In this document: positions 1-9,052 of the stretch, piece by piece
How the letters are laid out: every line of letters starts with the position of its first letter
Position numbering within the stretch: position 1 is the stretch's first letter
Source: Vulcanimicrobiota bacterium
GTDB lineage: Bacteria > Vulcanimicrobiota > Vulcanimicrobiia > Vulcanimicrobiales > Vulcanimicrobiaceae
Direction: 5' to 3'
Assembly (NCBI GenBank): GCA_003135555.1
Contig: PLCF01000062.1
Location: 1-64,000, forward strand
DNA: 64,000 bases
Notes under the pieces: generated by a model
Told to the model about the DNA's origin: nothing
What the model saw: the letters and a program-made list of their open reading frames with translations, nothing else
Databases searched by the model: none
Translations under genes and position numbers: made by a program

Positions 1-171
1 CTGCGCGCCGGACAGGATCTTCATCAGCGTCGACTTGCCGGCGCCGTTCTCGCCGACGAGCGCATGCACTTCGCCGCAGTCTACGTCGAAGGTGACCCCG
101 TCGAGCGCGCGCACGCCGGGAAACGTCTTGACGATGTCGCGCATCTGCAGCAGCGGCGCAGACGGCGTCAC
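1..171 (-). CDS. Sugar ABC transporter ATP-binding protein (RbsA/MglA-like), 5' part; runs off window edge
   Basis: Minus strand from GTG at 171 reads [20 protein letters not shown]...[21 protein letters not shown] (Walker A); directly downstream of the binding-protein gene. Confidence 0.9.
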   Translation of the reverse strand, partial: MTPSAPLLQMRDIVKTFPGVRALDGVTFDVDCGEVHALVGENGAGKSTLMKILSGAQ

Positions 172-181
172 GCCGGCGACT

Positions 182-1162
182 CTACTTTGCGTCGGCCTTG
201 GTGAACGTGCCGACCGGCACCGATATCTTCGCCGCGGGCGTCTTGCCGCTGAAGTAGTCGTGAATGGCGTCGATCGTCCGGCTGCCGATTTGGTCGGGAT
301 GCTGGATCGCGTCGCCGTACATCTGCCCGGCCGCGATCGCGGTGCGTGCCTCGGGCGCGGCATCGTAGCCGATCACCACGATTTTGGCGCCCAAGCCCGC
401 CGCCTGGACCGCCTTGGCAGCGCCGAGCGCCGAGTCGTCGTTGATCCCGAAGACGCCTCTGAGGTCCTTGTGCGACTGGAGGATGTCTTCCATGGACGAC
501 GAGGCTTTGGCGCGTTCCCCACCGCCGTCGATGTCGGAGACGACGGTGACGCCTGGGCAACCCGTGGCCAACGCCTGCTTGAAGCCCTTGACGCGATCCT
601 GAACCGAGGTGACTTCGGGCTCGTCGATGATCGCGATCTGGCCGGTATGGCCCGGCAGCGCGGCGCACATGAGCTTCCCGGCCTGGGCACCGCCTTGGAC
701 GTTGTCGCTGGCGATATGGGCGACGACGGTGCCGTCCTTGGACGCGCTGGCGATGTCGGCGGTGAAGACGGGGACCTTCGCCTTGTTGGCCTCGACGATG
801 GCGCTACCGATCGCCTGCGAGTCGTAGGGGGTCAGGACGATCGCCGCGACCTTTTGCGAGATGAAGTCCTCGACCTGACTCTGCTGTTTGGCGTTGTCGC
901 GTGCCGCGTCGACGACGGTGACGGTGTAGCCGTACTTGGCGGCTTCGTCCCGCATCCCGCGCTCCATGTCCTGATAGAACTGCGCCTCGCGGTTCTGAAT
1001 CGAGACCCCGATCGACTTCGGGCCGCCGCTCGCCGCCGCGTCGGGCGCTGCGCTCGCCCCCGTCGTCGTGGTGGTCGAGCTGGAGCTGGAGGTGTCGGTC
1101 GACTTCGTGCAGCCGCCGAGGACCAGCGCAAGCGCGCATGCGAGAGTGCAGAGCGTCTTCAT
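182..1162 (-). CDS. Sugar ABC transporter substrate-binding lipoprotein (RbsB-like)
   Basis: ATG at 1162, lipobox LVLGGC, motifs [35 protein letters not shown]. Confidence 0.9.
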   Translation of the reverse strand: MKTLCTLACALALVLGGCTKSTDTSSSSSTTTTTGASAAPDAAASGGPKSIGVSIQNREAQFYQDMERGMRDEAAKYGYTVTVVDAARDNAKQQSQVEDFISQKVAAIVLTPYDSQAIGSAIVEANKAKVPVFTADIASASKDGTVVAHIASDNVQGGAQAGKLMCAALPGHTGQIAIIDEPEVTSVQDRVKGFKQALATGCPGVTVVSDIDGGGERAKASSSMEDILQSHKDLRGVFGINDDSALGAAKAVQAAGLGAKIVVIGYDAAPEARTAIAAGQMYGDAIQHPDQIGSRTIDAIHDYFSGKTPAAKISVPVGTFTKADAK

Positions 1163-1295
1163 ACCGTCGGAGCGGATGCGGGAGTCGGCGCCGGAACCCC
1201 TGCGAGCGCCCGGGGAAGCGCAAATTGACACCCACTTGAGAGTTCTTCTCATGTGCGGAGGAGGGCTCTCGACGGCGCGGCGGTAGGGATTCTTA

Positions 1296-1465
1296 CGAGC
1301 CGCTGCCGGGTATCCCGCGTGCCCGGCCAGGCACCGGCCCGCGGCGATGAGGGCGCACGATGCGGCGATGCGGCGCCCTGCCGGAGGACGCATCGCGGCC
1401 CCGTTTGGTGCGCCAAGCGCTCAATACCGAGGGTTTCGGCACCTCTACGGGTCGGCGGCGGCTCG
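1296..1465 (+). ncRNA. Candidate 6S RNA-like rod-shaped RNA
   Basis: 14-bp closing stem 1296-1309/1452-1465 with two G-U pairs on + strand; nested stems CCCG/CGGG, GTGCC/GGCAC, GCACC/GGTGC, AGGGCGC/GCGCCCT; asymmetric bubble; TTGACA at 1225. Confidence 0.45.
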
Positions 1466-1556
1466 CGCGGCGCGCGCGCTGGGCGCGGCCTCGTGGCGGC
1501 GAGCAGCGGCTCGACGCGGGCGCGGGCGCCGGTCCGGCGTTTCAAGCGTGAGGCCG

Positions 1557-1634
1557 TGTGCACAAGAGACCGTGCCGCCGCGTCCCGGCCTTATCCACAG
1601 TATCGCAGGTCACTCCTGTGCACCGTGTGGAGAC
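1557..1634. promoter_or_regulatory. DnaA-box-like cluster
   Basis: Perfect TTATCCACA at 1591-1599 plus degenerate TGTGCACAA (1557) and TGTGGAGAC (1626). Confidence 0.35.
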
Positions 1635-1654
1635 CAACCGCGCTGCGACGTTTG

Positions 1655-1978
1655 TCAGGACTCCGGCGTGTGCGCGGTGACGGTGATTCGCCGCGCCTGC
1701 ACCGGAGCTCCGCCGCCCGGGCGTTGCAGCGTCAGCACCACGGTCGAGCGTCCCGGCTGCGGGGACGTCAGGCGAAATGTTCGCGCGCCGCCCGCGCCGA
1801 CCGCCGAGCCGCCGAGCTCGAAAGCGGGCGCGGCGGCGTCCTCGAGCGCACCCCGCTCCGCCACGTGCCAGAGGTAGCCGGTGGTCGGGTTCTCGGGCAA
1901 AACGATCTCGAACGGCTCACCCGCAGCCGCTTCGATCGAGGCGCCGTCGGCCGGATCGACGTGCCGAGTCACCGGCAA
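1655..1978 (-). CDS. Chagasin-family (I42) cysteine protease inhibitor
   Basis: Motifs LPENPTTGYLW and VGAGG; immediately downstream of a C1 protease. Confidence 0.85.
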   Translation of the reverse strand: MPVTRHVDPADGASIEAAAGEPFEIVLPENPTTGYLWHVAERGALEDAAAPAFELGGSAVGAGGARTFRLTSPQPGRSTVVLTLQRPGGGAPVQARRITVTAHTPES

Positions 1979-1991
1979 CCCCCCGCCGGGC

Positions 1992-2792
1992 CTACGTCTC
2001 TTGGCGAATCGTCCAAAAGTCGCTCGCGAGGCGGTGCGACGTGATGTAGGCGTAGGGCATCTTGAAGTAGCCTTTGATCCCCCAGTTTGCCGCCCACGAA
2101 TTGCGCACGATGATCATCTGCTCGGCATCGATGTACCCCACCGCCATCACGGCGTGGCCGCCGACGACCTTCTCTTTGCCCGAGGGCATCGTCATGACGC
2201 CGCTCTTGGCCATCGCAGTGCTCTCGAAGCTCTCGTAGACCGTGAAGCCGAAGACGAAGGGGAACCCTTCGGCGAGGCAGCCCCGCATCTGCGCGATGTC
2301 CTGTACGACCCGGTAGTAGCGCGTGGCCCGAGTCTTGAGCGCATCGGTAAACGCCTTAGCCGGAGGCTTGACGGCAAACTGCTTGATATCGTAGCCCCAG
2401 TCGGCCTCAGGACACACGCCCAGCGAGGCGACCGACTTGATGCCGTCGCGGATCTGCGCGCCGCTGTCGGTTGCGGTGGTGCCTTCCATGACGCGTTCGT
2501 TGTAGTAGATGAACAAGCGCGACGGCGTGAACTTCGGTTGGTGGATGAACTCAACGGCCGCGGCGATGGCGTTTCCCGTGCAACTGCCGAGCTGCCCTTG
2601 GTCGTACACGGGCGGGCACTTCGCACGGAGATCGGCCTTCGCCGGCAAGTTGGTGATCTGCGCGAAGGGCGCAGCATAGAGAAGGTCGCGTGCATCCGGC
2701 AGATCGGGATGCCACCCGTAGTGTTTGGTGGCTCGTTTCTTCGGAGCTGCACCAGAAACGGCTTTGCCTGCGGCGGCTGGTCTTTTCGCCAC
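1992..2792 (-). CDS. Papain-like C1 family cysteine peptidase
   Basis: DQGQLGSCTGNA (Cys), GGHAV (His), VRNSW (Asn); probable GTG start at 2792 after GGGAG. Confidence 0.93.
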   Translation of the reverse strand: MAKRPAAAGKAVSGAAPKKRATKHYGWHPDLPDARDLLYAAPFAQITNLPAKADLRAKCPPVYDQGQLGSCTGNAIAAAVEFIHQPKFTPSRLFIYYNERVMEGTTATDSGAQIRDGIKSVASLGVCPEADWGYDIKQFAVKPPAKAFTDALKTRATRYYRVVQDIAQMRGCLAEGFPFVFGFTVYESFESTAMAKSGVMTMPSGKEKVVGGHAVMAVGYIDAEQMIIVRNSWAANWGIKGYFKMPYAYITSHRLASDFWTIRQET

Positions 2793-2986
2793 GACGTCAC
2801 TCCCACTCGACGACAGCGACGGACCCGCGGGCGAACGGGCGTCGCGAGATCTCTGAGCGCGGAGGCCTCGGGTCACCCGCCACCACACCAGCGACGGGCT
2901 TAGCCGCAGTGGTCATGCGGGCCCCCCACAGCCTATCCGCGCGCCGGACCTAGCCATGACCCCGGGGCGGCGTGAACGACGCGTGC

Positions 2987-3843
2987 ATGCTCGCGCTCGC
3001 TTTTTCGGCCGCGATCGCCGGGATCGATGCCTACATCGTGCGCGTCGAAACCGATTCCTCGGCCGGCACGCCGTGGTTCGCGATCGTCGGCCTGCCGGAT
3101 CGTGCACTCAACGAATCGCGCGACCGCATCCGGGCGGCGATCGTCAACTCGGGCTTCGGCTTTCCGCCCGGCAAGCTGCTGGCCAACCTCGCGCCCGCCG
3201 ACCTGCGCAAGACCGGTGCGGGCTTCGAGCTCGCCATCGCCTTGGCGCTCCTGGCAACCGACGAGCAGCTCCCTGACGCGTCGCTGCGCGCGTACGTGGC
3301 CTGCGGCGAGCTCGCACTGGGCGGCGAATTGCGCGCGGTGCAGGGCGTGCTCGCCATGACGCTGGCCGCCAAGCGGGCCGGGTTCGCCCGCATCATCGTC
3401 CCTGAAGCGAACCGCGACGAAGCCGCCCTCATTGAGGGGATCGAGGTCTACGCGGTGCCGGCGCTGGCCGATGCGGTCGCCGTCGTGCTCGGCCACGGCG
3501 ACAAGTTCCGGCGTCGCGGCGCGACGCTGCTCGACGACGCCGACCGCGCCGCCTCCGGCGATTTCGCCGATGTCAAAGGACAGACGCTGGCGAAGCGGGC
3601 GCTGGAGATCGCCGCCGCGGGCGGACACAACGTCGTCCTGGTCGGTCCACCCGGCTGCGGCAAGACGATGCTGGCGCGGCGGCTGCCGTCGATCTTGCCG
3701 TCGATGACGACGTCCGAGGCGCTCGACGTCACGCAGGTCTACAGCGTCGCGGGCTTACTCGGCGCGCGACCGCGGGTGGTCGGGACGCGGCCGTTTCGCG
3801 CACCGCACCACACCGCCAGCCGCGTCTCGCTCGTCGGCGGCGG
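2987..3843 (+). pseudogene. comM: comM/yifB Mg-chelatase-like ATPase, 5' half (interrupted by transposon)
   Basis: IVGLPD, NLAPADLRKTG, GELALGG, AAAGGHN, GPPGCGKT, RPFRAPHH...LVGG, then a break at TGTCA. Confidence 0.95.
3839..3843 (+). repeat. 5-bp target site duplication GGCGG (left copy)
   Basis: Same pentamer at 46546-46550; removing the element and one copy restores GTC GGC GGC GGA TCG CAG CCG (VGGGSQP). Confidence 0.95.
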
Positions 3844-3912
3844 TGTCATTTCCATCAATTAGTGCTACCGAACAGAAGTTAGTGCTACTGGTACAGGAGT
3901 TATTGCTACTGG
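3844..3912 (+). repeat. Transposon end (tns-distal) with three putative TnsB binding sites
   Basis: CAATTAGTGCTACCG (3856), ACAGAAGTTAGTGCTACTGG (3872), ACAGGAGTTATTGCTACTGG (3893). Confidence 0.9.
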
Positions 3913-4221
3913 CTAAAAATCTGAGCGGCACTGGACGAGCTAGCGAGGTCCGAACCTGCGCCCCTTCAGCCGGCTCGAAAACTCCGCGCGGCCGTTGCCC
4001 CATCGCCTGGGCTAGGTCCCGAATCCAGGGCGTCGGTCCGGTCAACCTGCGATGCGCGGACGCCGAATGATGACCGGCTCCGACCATCTGGGCAGCTCGA
4101 TTGGATCGCCGGCTTCGCAACGCCAGCCGGAAAGCAAAACCGCGCGCGAGTAGTCTACTCGCCGACGATACGATGCTTTTCGGCGTGGAAGGCGTACGGC
4201 AACACGCGGACCATTAAGCTC

Positions 4222-5064
4222 GTGCGATCTTCATCGGAGGCGATACGGGATACGGTCCCGTTCGGAACGCTAGACCAGCTCGAGAGTGGCCTGTGCTATT
4301 ACGTACGGCAGCGGATTCCTAAGGCAATCCCGATGGAACCGTACCACTGCAAGCCGCAGGCAATATGCGTGGAGTCAGCGGAATGCGACTTCACCGTCCC
4401 TCTACGCCATTGCATCCAAATGCTAGCCACATGGGACACACCGGATCACTTAAGGACGATCATCGGACGCCACCTCAGCACTCCGCAACACGTTGCCGTG
4501 TATGTCGTTGAAGATTCGGGTCAGATAGTGATCATGCCATGCGGGGCAATTCTGCAATCCTGCTATATGCCAACCGCGGCGTACCTCAGCGCGTGGCTAG
4601 AAGGGCCAGCCAGCTCCTTTGCTTGTGATAAGGTCATCTACAACGGTTTCGGGTTCTTCAATTACGACCAGTCATCATCGCTGCGCGTCTATCCTATTCG
4701 CGCCGCCAGGGATCGGGAATTTGCTGAGCGCGAAATATCCCAGCTGCTTCCGAGGGCGCTAACGTACGCATCGCGCGAGGGCGGCGAAATGCCATTCATC
4801 ATCCGGCCACCATTTCGGGGTCGGGTTCGAGTTCGCGGCAAGGCCGTCATCGACCATTGGGGCGAGAAAACGGTCCGGCTCTTCTTGAGTAAGATGTGGT
4901 TCTCACCGGCGAATCAGTTTGAGACCTTAGCGGGCACAGAGCTACGCGACGAAGTCGCGGCGCGAATCGCGTTCAGCCCCCGATTCACCTACTCGGGGGC
5001 CGTCGCATCACTTCCAGCGCTAGACCATACGCGCTATCCAAGCAATCGACGCAGCCCGTCTTGA
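4222..5064 (+). CDS. Hypothetical protein, possibly truncated TnsE-like N-terminal domain
   Basis: First ORF inside the distal end; segments VPFGTLDQLESG, IVIMPCGAILQSCY, PFIIRPPFRG resemble TnsE-like proteins from memory; frame open from 3925. Confidence 0.4.
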   Translation: MRSSSEAIRDTVPFGTLDQLESGLCYYVRQRIPKAIPMEPYHCKPQAICVESAECDFTVPLRHCIQMLATWDTPDHLRTIIGRHLSTPQHVAVYVVEDSGQIVIMPCGAILQSCYMPTAAYLSAWLEGPASSFACDKVIYNGFGFFNYDQSSSLRVYPIRAARDREFAEREISQLLPRALTYASREGGEMPFIIRPPFRGRVRVRGKAVIDHWGEKTVRLFLSKMWFSPANQFETLAGTELRDEVAARIAFSPRFTYSGAVASLPALDHTRYPSNRRSPS

Positions 5065-5144
5065 GGTTTAGGGCGGAGCTTTCTGCTGCCGGGACGCATC
5101 TTGAAGCAATCGAGGATCTGTCCAGCAGGTTGCCTCTCTACCCG

Positions 5145-5196
5145 AGCAACCTTGTCACCGTTGTCACGAGAAATTGACGTTGCCACGTTTGTCAAG
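5145..5196 (+). repeat. TTG(T/C)CAC-repeat site, copy 1
   Basis: AGCAACCTTGTCACCGTTGTCACGAGAAATTGAC; 30/34 identical to 15455-15488. Confidence 0.8.
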
Positions 5197-5253
5197 CTCG
5201 CTTGTAGAGCATAAAGAGCGTTACGCGCAGCCGGAGTCGCGCTGCTCCAAGCC

Positions 5254-5616
5254 TTGTCTGATCCAGCGCCTTTTGCAGCGCTGAGGGCATTTTTCCGTGT
5301 AGCGGACTCGTGGCGCCTTGATCGAGGGCAGCGGGCTATGCTTCTTGCCGCCAGCGAGCGGTCCATCGACCGCTGGCAGGCTGATGCAGCTGCAGCTGAC
5401 CTGACGCGGGCTCAGATCGAACGCCTAGCACACGTCATCGGAATCTACAGTGGCTTGCACGCGATTTTCGGGGAGGCGCCGATCGCTGGCGATTGGGTCC
5501 ACCGTCCAAACGCGGATTTTGGTAACGCTGCGCCTCTCGATCGCATGCTTGCGGGAAATCTCAGTGACCTTGTAGACGTGCGCCGGTACATCGATGTCTG
5601 GCGCGCCGGCCCGTGA
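5254..5616 (+). CDS. Xre/MbcA/ParS-type antitoxin (DUF2384-like)
   Basis: ERLAHVIGIYSGLHAIF, WVHRPNADFGNAAPLDRML...DVRRYID; no adjacent RES toxin. Confidence 0.85.
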   Translation: MSDPAPFAALRAFFRVADSWRLDRGQRAMLLAASERSIDRWQADAAAADLTRAQIERLAHVIGIYSGLHAIFGEAPIAGDWVHRPNADFGNAAPLDRMLAGNLSDLVDVRRYIDVWRAGP

Positions 5617-5770
5617 ACGCGCGTCCTTCGTCGCGTCTCCCTTCACGACCGATCGACCGTCAGGCGCAACTATTTGACGCCGACAGGCTGCGGCGCAATT
5701 GGGGGCCAAGCAAGAGACAACAGCGCCGAATACAGCGAAGCGCCACGACCTTTGGGTGAGATTTGCGGGC

Positions 5771-8700
5771 ATGACAGGAAAGAAGGCGGCGAAGACCAGT
5801 CGGATCGCTCAGCGCGCGTCAAAGATGCGAAGTCAAGGCGGCGGTCGCAGGGTATCTGCAGGCTTAGGATATCAGTATTCGTACGGCGCATTCCTGGCTG
5901 TGCAGGTCATCGCGCGCTCCGCGCCGCTTTGGGATCTCGACCCCTCGGTTGAAATTCAGAGTATTCTGACAGAGCAGGACGTCGCCGTTGATGATTTGGT
6001 CGCGCTAACTTCCAATGGCGGCTTCGCATTCGTTCAGGCAAAGCGCTCAGTTGATGTGTCGCCCAAGCCGGCATCACCATTCTACAAGGCGCTAAGCGGC
6101 TTCACGGAACTGTACATCGGCTTCGCAAAGGTTCTGCAAGCCCGCAACGCACCTCCCCGCTCATTTGATGTAGCACGAGATCGTCTCGTCTTTGCTGTTG
6201 GACGCCGCACGTCGAAGAACATCGTGGACGGCTTTCAATCTGTGTGCACAATCGCTCGATCCAGCGCTCCGATCGACAGTGCAGCGAACAAGCACACCGC
6301 GAACGCCTTGGCCACTGCGGCGACAATCATAGAGAACGCCTGGAAGAACCACACCGGCGCGAACGCGACGCCTGAAGAAGTGAGGTCCGTTCTAGCGTCA
6401 ATTTGGGTCCATCCTTGCGAATGCGACGATGGCGAGCGCGATCACGTCGCCGCACTCAATCAACTCCGGACCGTCGTGCTACCGGCAGCCAAAGATGGCC
6501 CGGTTTGGCAGCGCCTTAAAGCCTTGTGCCATCGCCACTCGAACATCGGCGGAGGCTTCGATCGCACGGCCCTCTACGCAGAAGTCCGTCAGGCGGGCGC
6601 GGACGTCCTTGGTTCGCAGGCCGATCATCGTGAGGACCGTGCCCGGATAGTGTCCGAATCGAAGCGGTTCGCCGACCGGTACCGTGCTCAAACATACGTT
6701 ACAATTGCCGGCGAACCGCTACGACTCCGCCCTGAAACGCAACGGCTCCTAAGCAGTGAAGCACAGCGCGGATCGCTCCTCGTCATCGGCCAGCCAGGCG
6801 TCGGGAAGACCGGAAGCGTTGTGACGTTATACGCGGCATGCCAAGAGGCGCAGGTTGAAGCTGCATTCGTTCCGGTCGAGAGGTTGAGAACAGGCGGTGG
6901 CAACTTAGAAAAGCTCTTCGGGCTGCGAAAACCGATGCGGGAGGTGATGACCGATTGGGGCGGGACGCAACCGGCGTTCTTTATCATCGACGGGCTCGAC
7001 GCCGCTCGTGGCATCGATGAACTCAATGACGTGGTGGAGGCACTATTTCAAATGGCGTCGTCCGCGTCGCCACGCTGGAAGTTCATCGTGTCGATGCGCT
7101 CTTATGATGCGCTCCGAGCGCGGCTCCAAAACACTGAGCTGCCGATCATTTTCCGCGTTACGGAAGAGGCTCCACAAATCTCGATGCGTGCAGAACTGGA
7201 GGGCATCAGATGTTTCGAAGTTCCGGAACTCACGAATGATGACCTGGCTCCAGCGCGCTCGAAGCTCAACGCCCTCGATGTCGCGCTTGGAAACCCCGAT
7301 GTCCTCAAGTTAGCCCGCATCCCATTCAATCTATGGTTGTTGATCGGACTGATCGAAGACGGCCTCGTCGGTTCCGAGCTGCAATCGATAACGACCCAGA
7401 TTCAGCTACTGAACAGTTACTGGAAACAACGTGTCGAGCGCGGCGATGAAACGATCGACCGTGAACGCCTCCTGACTCGTGCGTGCCAGTTAATGATTCA
7501 GGAAAGGGCGCTCACCTGCGATCGCAATGACCTTCTACAGTCGGGACAAGAAGAGCGTGTCGCTAACGACTTGTGCAGTATTGGCGTGCTCGACGAACTG
7601 CGTATGCCCGGTGCTTTTAGCGCGGCACAATACCGCTTTTCTCATAACACCCTTTTCGATTTCGCTGTGGCAAAGCGAATCCTAGCGCAACGCGGTGAGC
7701 TTGATCGGCTCCTAGCGGACAACCCTGGCGCACTCACCCTCATTGTGCCTAGCTTGCGCATGTTCTTTCAGGAACTGTGGGACGAGGGTGCCGGGGCGGG
7801 ACGTCGCGACCGCTTTTGGACGACCTTGCTCGATATCGCCGCCAACGAGGAGCTGCCCGCGGTCGCGAGCGTAATCGGCGTAGCCATCGCTTCACGCAAA
7901 GCCGAGGCTACCTCCGAAGTCTCAAAGCTCGTAGAAGGCCTGGATAATCCCCGGAGCCGGCGTGCCGCGCTTAGGATCATCGAATGGATTCACGGGTCGC
8001 TAGGGATGGATGGCGTCGACCCTTTCGCTAAAGCCGGCGAGCCGTGGGATTACCTCGCCAGGGCGCTCATGAATGATCCCGGCGACGGTGCTGACTGGGC
8101 GTCGTTTCGGCTCCAGTCCATGCTCTTGGAACGAGGCGGGCGCCTGAGTGAGGCGGCGCTTCAGAACGTCGCGACCGCCGCTCGCGAGCTCCTAAATCAC
8201 TTGCTCGCGTCTCCTGTGCGCAATGATCGCTTTATCTCGGTCGCAATAGCAACCGTCATGAAGAGCGCAGGAGCCGATGTAGCCGTGGCGGCCCGCGCTC
8301 TTCGCCCGCTGCTCGCCGCGAACTATAGACGAACGAATGCTTGGAGTGACATGCCAGCGATCGCGAGGGAGCTTTCGCGATTGCACGCTTCAGCGCCTGA
8401 CTTCGTCGCAGAAGTGTACGATGCTTGTTTTCATACCCAGGAGCTCTCCGAAGAGACGGTTAGCATCTCGCAAAGTCGCATTTTCGCGATGACCTCAAAC
8501 AGGCGCCAAGACCTTGACCACGCGAAGTGGCAGCTGGGCCGCGACTACCAAAGCTTCCTCGATGCCTCGCCAGTCGCCGCTACACGAGCTGTAGTCGCGG
8601 CCGTTGACGCGTATGCTAAGACACATAATGTCGCTAAATTAGGAGCCGGATGCGAAGTCCAGCTCGGCTCCATTAGTCGCCACGTCACGCCGGACATGAG

Positions 8701-9052
8701 CTCATCTTGGCTTGATACCATTCTTACGAAGCACGAACCCGCGTTCGATATGCTTGAAGCGTGGTGTAAGGGGATGGACCAGCTCTATCGCCAGGATACT
8801 CGCCTTTTTGAGGCGTGCTTTAACGACTTTATCGCGACGTCATGGAGTGCCGTTTACTGGCGCAAGCTGCTGTCCGCAGCCGCGCGGTACCCTGAAACGC
8901 TCGGCCGCGCCGTGTTTCCCCTGCTCACGCAGCGGCCAGTTCTTACAGGCTACGATACGAGCGACGCCGCCGCGGACGCGGTAACAGCCGTATACCCGTT
9001 GCTGTCGACTGAGGAGCGTGCCGCCATCGAGCACGCCATTCTGGCGATTTGA
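5771..9052 (+). CDS. PD-(D/E)XK nuclease + STAND/NACHT NTPase (Avs-like), N-terminal part
   Basis: N-terminal GLGYQ...VDDLV...FVQAK; Walker A GQPGVGKT; Walker B FIIDGLD; RIPFNL; RFSHNTLFDF. Confidence 0.8.
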   Translation: MTGKKAAKTSRIAQRASKMRSQGGGRRVSAGLGYQYSYGAFLAVQVIARSAPLWDLDPSVEIQSILTEQDVAVDDLVALTSNGGFAFVQAKRSVDVSPKPASPFYKALSGFTELYIGFAKVLQARNAPPRSFDVARDRLVFAVGRRTSKNIVDGFQSVCTIARSSAPIDSAANKHTANALATAATIIENAWKNHTGANATPEEVRSVLASIWVHPCECDDGERDHVAALNQLRTVVLPAAKDGPVWQRLKALCHRHSNIGGGFDRTALYAEVRQAGADVLGSQADHREDRARIVSESKRFADRYRAQTYVTIAGEPLRLRPETQRLLSSEAQRGSLLVIGQPGVGKTGSVVTLYAACQEAQVEAAFVPVERLRTGGGNLEKLFGLRKPMREVMTDWGGTQPAFFIIDGLDAARGIDELNDVVEALFQMASSASPRWKFIVSMRSYDALRARLQNTELPIIFRVTEEAPQISMRAELEGIRCFEVPELTNDDLAPARSKLNALDVALGNPDVLKLARIPFNLWLLIGLIEDGLVGSELQSITTQIQLLNSYWKQRVERGDETIDRERLLTRACQLMIQERALTCDRNDLLQSGQEERVANDLCSIGVLDELRMPGAFSAAQYRFSHNTLFDFAVAKRILAQRGELDRLLADNPGALTLIVPSLRMFFQELWDEGAGAGRRDRFWTTLLDIAANEELPAVASVIGVAIASRKAEATSEVSKLVEGLDNPRSRRAALRIIEWIHGSLGMDGVDPFAKAGEPWDYLARALMNDPGDGADWASFRLQSMLLERGGRLSEAALQNVATAARELLNHLLASPVRNDRFISVAIATVMKSAGADVAVAARALRPLLAANYRRTNAWSDMPAIARELSRLHASAPDFVAEVYDACFHTQELSEETVSISQSRIFAMTSNRRQDLDHAKWQLGRDYQSFLDASPVAATRAVVAAVDAYAKTHNVAKLGAGCEVQLGSISRHVTPDMSSSWLDTILTKHEPAFDMLEAWCKGMDQLYRQDTRLFEACFNDFIATSWSAVYWRKLLSAAARYPETLGRAVFPLLTQRPVLTGYDTSDAAADAVTAVYPLLSTEERAAIEHAILAI

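Noticed and set aside
35..1228. Long antisense ORFs (e.g. 35-1228, 23847-24782, 54944-56005, 59931-61217)
   Set aside because: Shadow frames typical of high-GC DNA opposite well-supported genes; no motifs.
1296..1465. Lysine riboswitch on the minus strand (TAGAGGTGC)
   Set aside because: Downstream conserved elements are absent and the G-U pairs favour the plus strand.
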